Below the pieces are notes generated by a model, which worked only from the letters and a program-made list of their open reading frames with translations, did not search any database and was not told where the DNA came from. A stretch of DNA of 20,000 nucleotides from Paramecium tetraurelia (lineage: Eukaryota), in contig CT868618.1 of assembly GCA_000165425.1 (NCBI GenBank), positions 242,311-262,310 of the forward strand, in the 5' to 3' direction. The number at the start of each line of letters is the position of its first letter. Positions within the stretch are counted from its first letter, which is position 1. This document shows, one piece after another, positions 1 through 11,305 of this stretch. A program made the position numbers and the translations under genes.

Positions 1-583
1 AGTATTTTAGAATCTGAATAACTTTTTGTAATGTAAAGGCTTAAAACAAGTGTTCTTAGAACCTTGTACAATTCCTGTTCTTAACAACTACCCCAAATGG
101 TTTAGTCAAAGGTTAATTAAAATACTTCAATCGTATTAAGGAGGATACCTACAAATTGCAGATATTGATTATCTTGCAGAACTTCAGATTATATTCATTC
201 ACTAAAACTTGAAAAACAAATTTTCTTAGTTAAAATTAAAAAATAGCAATAGAAGTAAAAATGAACCAAATACACAGTCACAATCTAACGGACCTAATGC
301 TCGTGATTCTGAATTGGATATTCAGTAAACTTAATCTCAATAGATATTCTTATCAGCATAATCCAAGCATAGGACTAAAAACCCTCTTGTTTCAAATTGG
401 TTTCATTTCAAGACCTACTCAAATCTCAGATCCAAAGATACTCGCGCTTTAATAAGGAATCATAAAGCAATATCAAGTTCTTAAGTAGATTTACAGACTC
501 CCTTTAGTCCTTAAAAGTAGAGTCCCTTTAATTTAAAGGCTAATGTAAATCGCAGATGGTTTGAGCATTATTATTAAAAATGA
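1..583 (+). CDS. 3' part of an uncharacterised protein (5'-partial)
   Basis: Code-6 frame starting at base 2 is open for ~194 codons (VFQNLNNFLQCKGLKQVFLEPCTIPVLNNYPKWFSQRLIKIL...NVNRRWFEHYYQK) to TGA 581-583. No recognisable domain. Confidence 0.6.
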
Positions 584-2578
584 TACTAAATTAAATTAGA
601 AAATATTTCTCTAAAATCGCTTAGGAAGCTTTAAATCTACGACACAAGCACGTCAATGAACAATATTCCCAATACAAATCGAATCCTAAAATTTTTAATC
701 CAAGAAAAGGAGATAATATCCAACCTGATTAAATAAAGAAAATGAAATAAGAGGCTATGCAAGAAATTGAAAAATTCTAACAGAATTACTTATTTGATAT
801 TACTTTCAACACTAAAGGCTTGGTCAAATTGTTAGGCTAAATTAGCTATGTGTATGATAATCATGATCTAATATAATCTCCTTAATTTTAAGAAATCATC
901 AAAAGTTCCAAAGACAATTTATATCAATTTTAAAACATAAGGGAATTAGCCTTACTATTGAATTTTTGCTTCAAGCATTAATTGGGAGATGAAAATCTAT
1001 GGTTTGCTACTTATTAGCACCTACTCAATACTTAATCTTAAATATAAGTAGAAGACTTACTGTTAATCTTTGAATCAATTAATGAGTCCAACTTTGAATA
1101 TCTAAAACCAATCTTTAAGCAATTCGAAAATGCGATCTTAGAAGAAGTACAAAGAAATAATCACAAAATTACTATCAAGGCACTCCAAATTTATCGTAAA
1201 TTTTAACCAGACAACAGCAACTTCTTCTATTCTATTAAAAAATAGATAATTGAAACACTGCCCTAAACTAATACTGATTCAGTTCTGAATTATCTTAGGT
1301 ATTATGGTTTGGGCAATGAGCCAATTGAAGATCGATAAGAGATCTTAAATGCCATTATGATTCATCTATACAAATTGCAGAAATTCTTAAACAAGAAACA
1401 ATTGCTTTAAGTCTATTATACTTATGTAAGAACATAGTTAGGATCTGAAGTATTATATCGTTTAATTGAAGATAGGGTTGCATTGTTAATAGATGAATTT
1501 TAATTAAATGAAATTGAATAATTGTTAATTATAGCTGCTAATCAAAAGAACCAAACCATTTTTAAACATGCTGAAAGACTGCTCAAATAAAGATTGCTTG
1601 ACTGCAATCCTGCTGATCTTGTATAGATTGCTGTTCTATTTATTGAAAATAATTAAGGGACCCCTGAATTTATTGATTCCCTAGAATAACATTTAATCTA
1701 AGCCATTTATACAACTGATGATATAACAGAATTACTTTGGGCCTTAGTCTAAAAATAGCACAATTCTAGATGGATGGAGAAAATAGCAGATGCTTGCAAA
1801 GAGAGAGTAGCAAAATTGTCAGTTAAATAATTGACTTCAATTATATGGATGACAAGTGATTATTTTAAGAGATTAACCAATAAACAAAAGTAATCATCTA
1901 AATACATTGATTTGTATGAACTCATTGAAAAACATTTAATCTAGTATTTTGAAGAAGGAGAAGTTAAAAACAGGGATGTTGCACTTGTTATGAATGCATA
2001 TATAAGAAATATTCCAATTTCTAAGGATTTAGTAGATTTAATGGAGATTTATATTCTTAATTCTACAGAGGAAGAACTTTAGGAATTAGATGGTTGGAGT
2101 GTCTCCCAAATCATTTGGGGATTTAGTTAAATTGAAGGTAAGTATTCATTTTAATCTTAGACTATCTGAATCTAAAGGAATTTTTAAACTTTATGGTTAA
2201 AGTAACTATTGAATGTATTGGTGAAATGAAAATTGATGAACTCTTTACAGTTTTGAGAGTTTATGTACATGAGAAATAAGAAACTGAAGAAATGATTAAA
2301 GAGGCTATTGAAAAAACCAATTTTTGGATGGATTAATTAGACCTTAATCAAGTTTATTTAGGAATTCATATTTTCACTAACACCTAATTTACAAAGTAAA
2401 TTACAATTGTTAAATTCTTAGTCTTTAAGGAATTAATGAATTAATTAAGAAACTTTTAGATAGGTTAGAGTTCTTAAAGTCCATAAAACCATAAGTAGAT
2501 CCAGATGAAGAGGAAGAAATAGACCATGATAAAGAATAAAAAGTAAGGCTTGAAGTAGAAAAATATAAATATTCTTGA
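580..2578 (+). CDS. Putative mitochondrial helical-repeat RNA-binding protein (HPR/OPR/FASTK-like), ~649 aa
   Basis: ATG 580, presequence-like MILNQIRKYFSK. Introns 2138-2160 and 2396-2421, TGA 2576-2578, spliced length divisible by 3. Recurrent units mostly 35-41 aa apart: LNKKQLLQVYYTY, FQLNEIEQLLIIA, CNPADLVQIAVLF, YTTDDITELLWAL, LSVKQLTSIIWMT, LDGWSVSQIIWGF, MKIDELFTVLRVY. Gene model is solid; the family is inferred. Confidence 0.75.
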
Positions 2579-3732
2579 TACTATTATGAGTTATATAATA
2601 AATACAAAGATGTAACTTCATCTCTTTTTTAGTAAATTGCATCAAACTGAATTTTTTTAATTATTAAATTATTGATATTTCTATATAAAAATTAGTTTAA
2701 ATATAACAATAATTCAAATACAAAAACAAAACAAGAAGACATTGAAAATTTCAGAAAGCCTTCATCATCCAAATATAATATTATTTCTATCTTAATAATA
2801 TATGAGAGACTATTTAAATAAATTTTAATTTTATAGTTTTTAATTTTTACAATAGGAAATGCATCATCTCTGTTTTATTAAAATCTATTTCACATTGACA
2901 ATTGTTTATAACCAGAAGATGGCTAAATTTATATATAATTTTATACTCAAAAATATTTCCCATACTATCTGAATTATAAATTATTTTCAATATTTTGATC
3001 ATTTTACAGAGTTGCTTAGAATTTGTATATACATTTTCTTAACCTACTTTACCTAAAATAAATTATCATATTTTTTCATAGCTAGACGATAGTTAAATTT
3101 AATATTTTATTTATTTCTTAGTATCATAATAATGTTTATACTATTTAGAATTCTCATGAAGTAGTTAGAATTTAGATTAGGAATTCAAACTATCCAATTT
3201 GATTTTCGAATTAATTAATCCTTTCAATCATGAAGTTGTCAGAATTTTAAAAAGTTTCAAAAAATAGAGATAGAATTTAAAAAATAAATTATAGCATAGG
3301 ATTAAGATCCTATCAAGTTATTAATAGGTTATTTACTTTTTGTCATCATTAATGTTAGATGAATAGAAGCATGTTTATAAAACTGAGGAGATATTTAGAA
3401 TTTGTTAAATTTTGCGACACTGAATTTGTTAATTTTGTATATAGATATTTTATGATTTTCCAGAATATTATAATATTAGATTTCTGAGCAGAGAAATATG
3501 AATCATAAATTGAAAATATCTTTCGTTAAATTAATTATATTGATGTAATAAGCAGAGAAACAAAGTTCGATAGTATTTAAAACTTTTTTAAACTATATAC
3601 AGAGAGGCGTTAAGAATGAAATTAAGAAAATGGCAGTTCAAAATATTCACTAATAATGATATTCCATCTCTAAATTAAATTCCATATGAGTTATTTTATT
3701 GATAGTTGTATTATTTTAAAAATGAATATCAT

Positions 3733-4662
3733 TCAGATGTGCAACTATATTAACATAGCAGTCATATTGTCACATCCATAACCAGTAGTAGTATCGATAG
3801 CCAAAGAAGAATCAAGCAAATTTTCAAGTATTAATGGTGGTTCCATACCCCTTTCTAGTCGTTCTCCAATGAATTACATCACTTTGTAACTATTCATGGT
3901 TTCGAACAATCCATCACAACCGAGAAATAGGAATCTAGATATTAGCAGTTATTCTTACTTGTCTTCCTTACTCAATTTTATCTTTCTAATTTCAGGTTCA
4001 GCAATCACCATTTGTTAATTGGCTGGCAATGGTTCTTATTTGAATTCAAAATCGCCAAAAGCACGTGAAACTGAGAGTGTTCCATTGAGACGTCCTTCTT
4101 CATTAACAAATCCTCCTGCAAATCTGATTCTAGCCAGTTCATTACATGGAAGGTGATCTTTTGTTAACTCGATGGTTTCATCATCTCTCATTAGAAGACA
4201 ACGAGAATCGCCTAAATTAGCAACGTACAAGGTCTTCTAGACTACTAAAGCCACCACTGCTGTTGAACCTATAAATGTATCTAAAAAAAGAATATAGGAT
4301 TAAAAGGATTACTTTTAGCCACATTAGTTTTGATCATTTCATCCAAATGTATGAAACAATCATGTAAAGCTTAAGTGTAATCTTCACCTATGAATGAAGG
4401 CTGCTAAACTAGGGCTTCTAGAAAATTGTCAGCCAAGTAATTTGAAATTCCAGCACCACCGTGTCCATCAAATACAGCAAATAATGAGATATCTTCTCTA
4501 AAGTCTACTTTCATAATGTGAGCATCTTCCATTTAAAGTCTCCAACCTAAAATTTATTAATACACACTCACCTTGCATTGACGCAGTATGGCAGTACAGA
4601 ATTGCATTAGACTACTACTCGTGCAATTTCTGGGTGATTGGTTATGACAAAAACTAACCCAT
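3733..4662 (-). CDS. Protein phosphatase 2C (PPM family), ~282 aa
   Basis: MGQFLSQPIT..ASMQGWRLQMEDAH..FAVFDGHGG..GSTAVV..VANLGDSR..LTKDHLP..GRLNGTLSVSRAFGDFEFK..FLFLGCDG..GCDNMTAMLI. Introns 4547-4571, 4281-4312, 3935-3958. Metal-binding Asp motifs intact. Confidence 0.95.
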
Positions 4663-5231
4663 TAATTATATTATTTATGCTTTTAGTATCAATTTAATTG
4701 CATTTAGACAAGAAATTTAGAATCATTTTATAACAATATCTCATTATATTTGTATTCCTTTTATAAATTTATTATTGAATCAATAAAATTTTCAATATTT
4801 TTATTACTAAAATCAATCACCCGTCTCCCTTTGCCCTTATGGCATATAAAACAGTCATACTAACATTGTTTTATATATTAAAAATTATAAAATATTTAAT
4901 AATAATAGAGTTATTCCAAATTTATTATACTAATTATAGAATTCAATTTAAATAAATTGAAGACAATGATTAATACTTAAAAATATTGATCAGATTATTA
5001 AGAACAAAAATAAAAATAGAGAATTACAAGATTCTTGAATTGGAATAAGATAATAATATATTATTATTTAACAAATATTTTAATATAAGTAAAAAATAGA
5101 CCATATTTAATATTACTGATGATGGAATAGCGATATCATCTTAAAAACTAGAAAATAATATAATATTATGAAGTTATCTTAAAATTTAACAAAGATGTAA
5201 TATAATTTATATAAAATAAAATAAATTTTAT

Positions 5232-6437
5232 ATGGGAAATGCATTAAATGATATTGGTGAAAATTACGACTTTAAATTCATTCAAAAGGTTTAACATCCA
5301 CTTTTTGGTCAAATCGACATTCTTGAATGCCAAATCTAAGATTTTCCTGATATTGAACAATATATGAGAGTTATTCCAAAATTAATTAATCAAGACTATA
5401 TTGCCTTTATTAAAAGGTACATCAAATTGTAGAATCTTCATAAACATGAAATGACCTCTCCATTTCTTATATACATCTCTAACAATATATTTGAATGCCC
5501 ATCACATTCATTATTTGATGAAATCTAAGTAAAAAGACAGCAAGGAACTCAATTTGCAGAATCTGAATTATGGTACCTAGCAAAGAGCTTGATCGCTGGA
5601 TACTCCATATATCTTTAAATTCCAGAACTAGTCAAATAAACACAATTAACACTACATAATATTTTTATAACCAAAAAAGGTCACATAAAATTAAGTTTAC
5701 ATACATTGTTTTTAATAAATGCAACTAACTTCAAAAATCAATATATTGAAGAATCATAATATAGTCATAAGATCAGCAAGGAGATAGGGTTGGTTTTGCT
5801 TGAAGCCAGTTGTTTATCATTTGAAGATAGTATTAAAGTCATGGATATGTAATATTCTATTGAATATTCCAATTTTGTTAAGGATATGATTGGAGATACA
5901 AAGTCATTGTAGTATTTCTAAAATTATCAAATGAGCAAGAAGATATCAAAAACAATCTATGGGGAATCATAACTAAAGAAGACAGCAACATTACTTGCTC
6001 AATAGACTAAATCATTAAAATAATCTTAAATCATTGAGACATATCATGTTAAATCACCTGTCAAAACAGATACAAATCAATTTGATTAAGTCTCTAAAAT
6101 TGCAAGCATCCCCGAGGTAAATGAATAAGATTAAAAGAAATCATAACAATTGGAATTTTTTTCTGGTAGAAAATCAACCCAACCTATCCCAAATGTCCAA
6201 TCTGAAATTTATTACCATTCTAAATAATAATCATTATAGATTAATGATTAATCGCCTTAAATGATTCAACAATAACAGTTCTTCGATCATTAAAATGTTT
6301 AATATAATCATAATTAACCTGTAATGCAATAATTAGATGTCTTAAGTGAAAAGTTCAATTAAAGATTTTGGAAAGCTATTGATTAAGCAAAGAGATAAGT
6401 CTTAATTTATGAATAAAGAAGTAAATAGATATATTGA
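5232..6437 (+). CDS. Protein kinase-fold pseudokinase with Q-rich C-terminal tail, 401 aa, intronless
   Basis: Open from ATG 5232 (MGNALN) to TGA 6435-6437. Kinase-like segments SLFDEIQVKRQQGTQFAESELWYLAKSLI, LTLHNIFITKKGHIKL and IGLVLLEA, but no GxGxxG, HRD or DFG. Confidence 0.8.
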
Positions 6438-6447
6438 TTAAATAATA

Positions 6448-8973
6448 TCATTATAATACTAATTTCAAATTATCTTTTCCTAAATAAAAAGGGCCTATAA
6501 ATATAGAATTTTATTTTTAAAATCCAGATATGCAATTTTTAAATATGCATTCTTAACCATAGATGAGAATTTCATCAATAATGATTTCCGATTTACATTA
6601 AGAAAGATTTAAGATCACACCATCTTAAAGTATTTCCAATTTGAAATCTATTAATTAAGCTTGCATAGCTTTTTCTTCATTTTCAAAATCCTCCAAATCA
6701 GCGAAAACTCCAATAGCAACCTAATTGGAAACAGCAGCTATCAGCCGATAATGATTATCCAAAGATTTCACATTATTGATTGTTTCTATTGTATTCTACA
6801 GTATCAAGTACCCACTTCGAATAAATATGGGTGTTAGATCAGTATAGGAACAAAAAAGGACGTGATCTTATTAACCTTTATAATCTAACCCCGTTGTAAG
6901 GTCATACCAATCAGATTCTGGAAAGTATGCCTTTCTAGTCATTGATTCCTCTAAAATAGGAGCCCCCATTAATTCGTTCCCAATTATGAATTAAGTATCC
7001 ATTACAAAATCTCTATATGTTAAATTATCTTCAGGGAATATAAAAAATAAGGGATTGATAACTAAATATAAAGGAATAAAATGTACTTGTGCCATGATTT
7101 TATTCTCTTATGAAAACAGAGTAAAACCATTTTAAGAGAGAATATCGAAAATGAATATTCTTTTAAGCTGTTTGAATGACTTTGTGATCAAGATTATAAA
7201 ATTCTTATGATTTAGATAAATCATTATTGTGATTTCGAAAGAAAGGATAAAATATTCCTAATTAAATCCATCTTTAACAAAGCTTAAAGTTAGTATCCCC
7301 CATGAATCCACAAACATCAGCTCCAACCATGGGAATTCCATAAATTTAAAATGAAAATATCTACCCTAAGGATAAGTAGAGAAAATCCCATGATGCTCCA
7401 TTGTCTCCTGTCCAATGTTAAGCATATTATCCAGAACCTGGAAATGTTGACCTTGTAATTTAAAGTGGCTGAATCTTACCCAACTCCTTCAAGGCTTGAT
7501 ATGTATAATAGGAATCCATGATACCATAGAGATTATGCACATCTTTGTGTAGGTAATTTCCATAATGAAGTAGATGAGGTGGAAGTGTCTTATAGGACAA
7601 TTATGTGGCTCCAGGAGTATAAGCAAAATTAATATTTTCATTCAATTTGTCAAATCTTTGTTAATGATCATGTAAATTTCTATTTAGTTAACACTCGCCA
7701 TCACAAAAATTGGCAGGCTCATTCATATCAACCCATAGTCCATCAAATTACACTTAGTCATAGAGATGTTCGTGCATTTCATTCCAAAATTTACTAATAT
7801 TAGGGTGAAAGAAATCAGGGAAGTATGATTCTCCTGGCCACACTCGTCCTTAAAATCTATATCCACTCTCTGGTGAATATGCAAACACATCATATTCTAT
7901 ACCTCTTTTGTAGCCTTCATCTAGTTCACCGTACTTAACACCTACTGCCACATCAACAATAGGTATATATCGAACACCCAAGCCTTTTAAGATTTCATAA
8001 TCTTATTTAGTGAACCTATCTGAATCAACAGAAAATATTTATCTATCATGCATATAATCTATGTCTGACCAAATTGTATCAAGAGGAATTTTATGCTTTT
8101 AGTATGATTGAACCACTTCTACTAATTCGCTACCTTAGTTATATCCCCATCTACTTTAATGAAAACCAAAACTCCAAAATGGAGGCAATAACCATCCCCC
8201 CAAATAATTATGATATTACTTGATTACATTTCTAGGGGATTAATCTCCTAAAAACAATTTTATGTGAATTATTCCTCCTATCGTTATAAATTTCATTTTT
8301 TCCTCCTAATAAATAATGTCCATTGGAGAAGAGGATTTATAGAACATAATATTGAATTTGCGAGCATCCTCCATACTCAACAAAACTGGATGACTTGAAT
8401 ATACATTCTTTCCTGGTCTCTCCCCATCTTCAATAATGTTTGGTTCATCTCTTGCATACAAAGTATATATTCCTTATTTAAAACGAAATCCAACTTGGTT
8501 TCTTTCTCCCAACCCCCACATCTCCTTGTTTTGAGGATAGTGTGTGAATTCTATGTAATTTTCACTAAAAGCCAATTCTGAAATAGTAAAGATTGCTCTA
8601 TCATCTCTGTAAATCTATATTTTGACTGGGTCGTTTGTAATATTCACAGAGTAGTTATATTTTTCCAAGGGCAGAGGATTTTCTACATCCTTGTAATTGA
8701 ATGGCTAATGTAATTAGAAGCATTTACAGGTTGTTAAGGGATTCTGAAATGTTTACGATCCTCATCATAAATCTAGATGTCAACTTATGAGTCATTTTCA
8801 AGCCTTATTTCAAGAATTAAGATTTTATTTAATTTAATGGATTAACCATTCCTCTCGATATTCTTATTAATGGTGTGTAATTTATATTGTTGAATTTATT
8901 TGTCATTTCTAATTTAAGTGGCAATATATTATGTAAATGTAACTTAAAAGTATAAACAGATGATTAAAAACAT
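6448..8973 (-). CDS. Glycoside hydrolase family 31 alpha-glucosidase (secreted/lysosomal type), ~825 aa
   Basis: Hydrophobic N-terminus MFLIICLYFQVTFT, then MWGLGER, nucleophile motif FDGLWVDMNEPANF (~7710-7750), acid/base motif HWTGDN (~7400-7418), VGADVCGF and FYPFFRNHN. Introns 8705-8727 and 7062-7086. TGA at 6448-6450. Confidence 0.95.
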
Positions 8974-9429
8974 CTGATATTATTTATAATTAAATTTATA
9001 ATATGAGATAATATTTAAATTAAGACTCTCTAAAATATATAAATAAGGATATACTATATAACATAGAATGTGTTCAATTCTATCAAGTAGATGATAAATA
9101 TCAAACACTAATTTTGTTAATAAATAAGTTTTTTTATTCTACTTGCTTATAAAATCCTGTAGCTTATTAAGTGTATCACTCTTTTATTGTTTATCTTTAT
9201 TGGAATCAAGAATATATTTTCATTGGGAAGTATAAATATGTTTTTAAAATAATAATAATAGATTAACATCCACTTTTAAGAGTAAAAAGTCAGTTGCCTA
9301 TCTATAGTCGATTAAAGTTTCATCTACGTATTCAGAATACTTGATATTATTTTTATTCTATGTAAATCAATTTTATATATAATCACTCTTTATCATCGAA
9401 CAAACTGATAATTTATTCTTATAATAAAA

Positions 9430-9800
9430 ACTATCTTTTAAAATGAAAGTCTTATTATATTGAAGGTTTGTGGGAAAGATTATGGACCGAGGAATCTGAC
9501 TCACTTTCTGTCCCCCAATTCGAAATTCTGCTTCGACTAGAATACTTGAAAGTGTTCAAGCATTCCAGACTAATAATATACAGTTGCTACATCTTGGAAA
9601 ATGATTTTTGTAGATACTTATAAGACTACATTAGCAAAATTATTAAGAAAATAATTTTTGCATAGTGCTGGATAATCCCACCATCCACTCAATTATAATA
9701 AATTTTAAATCAATTTTCTTCTTCCAAATAACCCTTAGATTAAATTTATCGAAAGGTTATGGGGAATTGTAAAGCGATACTTCTCCAAAATATATGTTGC
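9430..9800 (+). mobile_element. Degenerate IS630-Tc1-mariner (DDE_3-type) transposase relic
   Basis: Motifs occur in the right order across shifting frames: IFQNES (9433-9450, eroded IFxDES), RLW ~14 codons later, ENDFCRYLQDYI (9597), CIVLDNPTIH (9659-9688; cf. vlDNaxiH) and FLLPNNPQIKFIERLWGIVKRYF (9715-9783; cf. FLPPYSPeLNPIERLWgxxKR). Multiple frameshifts, shortened D..E spacing, no clear TIRs. Confidence 0.8.
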
Positions 9801-10500
9801 AAAAGTTGGCTAAAAATTTCATAAAATGTGCTTTCGAAATTTTTTTCATATGTTCAATAAAAATAAAACGATGTGGATTGAAGTTCAATTACTAAAACAA
9901 TAGTATCAAGCGATATTGGCAAGTTATGATTTACTTGGGTAGCATTTAGAAAATCTTATGAAAACAAGAATAGACATACTTACTTTAAATTAATATAATA
10001 TTCTGAAAAACTGAATTACATACTAGAATTTAAATTATTTATAAATGAGAATTATTATAAAAAATTTTCTTTCAAGCTTGCTTGCTTTTAAATAAGTTTA
10101 TTCATTTTACTTGGCTGTTATGAAAAACAAATTAAATATGGATTTTGCAACTCAAAGTAAATGAAGGCTGAGATTCTTTTTGGCTGTATCAATAAATGAG
10201 AAATTGAGTGGAATTTATAAAATATTTAAATTATTATTTTTTTGTTATAAAAATAGGAAAACAATTTTATTTTCTTATTGGATTTGTTTTGGGTTTCATG
10301 ATAACTAGGAGTATATTTAGAAACGCCTTATTTGATAAGATTGCTATGAAGTATTATGATATGGTGAATGAAAATTGATATATTATATAAAATTGTAAAT
10401 AATGCATTGTTTGTGGAAAGAATCACAAATTAATTCAAATAAATAAGCTATAATTTGTCACAAACTAAAATAAATAATTTTAATAAAGTTTGATATAGCA

Positions 10501-11277
10501 ATGGAAGACAAAATAACATCCATTGTCGCGGATGATAGAATTGACGAGATTTTACATTTGAATGCTACTAAGGAGGAGTTAATTATCATACTCAATTACA
10601 TTATTATGGATTATAAAAAGTTCTCGTTGACAGATAAAATCTTACTGCAGTCATAAAAATTACAGAAACTAGCATTAGAAGAATGCATTGAAAATCGATA
10701 TGTGTATATCTTCTTGCCAGGAGTAAAGAATTCTATGGACATTAAATCCTAAAAAGAAGTCAGATACACATATGAACCTAAAGAAGGGAAGATTTTGAAA
10801 GAAAAATATAGGAATGGTCGTAAAACTGAATCAACTGAGGTCACTTATGAGCAAATCAATAAAATGTTAGGATCCTTCAATCAAAGTACAGGTGCCTTCT
10901 TATCAAGCAAACCTAACTTCGCTGAAAGCAGATTCATAGCTCCACTTTTATCTTAAGAGGAGGTGTCCAAAAGGGAGAAGGTCTAAGTGAAGGGAGGACA
11001 AATTCAATTTGTGTAAATACCAAGAAAAAATAAACACCCCTTTAAAAATTATACTGCAGAAGAAGTCTAAAAACATAATAAGCCAGGGGATGTATGGACT
11101 GTGTTGAATGGTAAAGTTTATGACATTTCCCTTTACTTGGATTATCATCCTGGCGGAGTCGAAAAGTTGATGCTTGGAGCTGGAAAGGACTGCACAAAAT
11201 TATTTAATTAATTCCATTCTTGGGTGAATGGACATGCATTTTTGGAATAGGATTATATTGGTAACTTAAAATATTGA
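10501..11277 (+). CDS. Soluble cytochrome b5 heme-binding domain protein (CYB5R4/Irc21-like b5 subfamily) with long N-terminal extension, 258 aa
   Basis: Open frame ending YTAEEVQKHNKPGDVWTVLNGKVYDISLYLDYHPGGVEKLMLGAGKDCTKLFNQFHSWVNGHAFLEQDYIGNL. Both axial His present, no C-terminal TM anchor, REKVQVKGG precedes the domain. Confidence 0.9.
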
Positions 11278-11305
11278 TAATTATATATATTATGATATAT
11301 AAATT

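Noticed and set aside
261..452. ORF-track 63-aa + ORF
   Set aside because: Off-frame inside the longer code-6 ORF (2-583); its TAA end is not a stop in this organism.
4813..4860. SECIS interpretation of the AUGA..AA..GA hairpin
   Set aside because: Spacing is non-canonical and no upstream minus-strand gene has an in-frame TGA. Kept only as a generic structured-element candidate.
5291..9277. 15-bp identity ttaacatccactttt at 5291 and 9263
   Set aside because: Single match with no extension; within chance expectation for 20 kb of AT-rich DNA.
9000..10450. Terminal inverted repeats for the transposase relic
   Set aside because: Only matches of 8 bp or less (e.g. aaataagg/ccttattt) were found by eye; not supportable.
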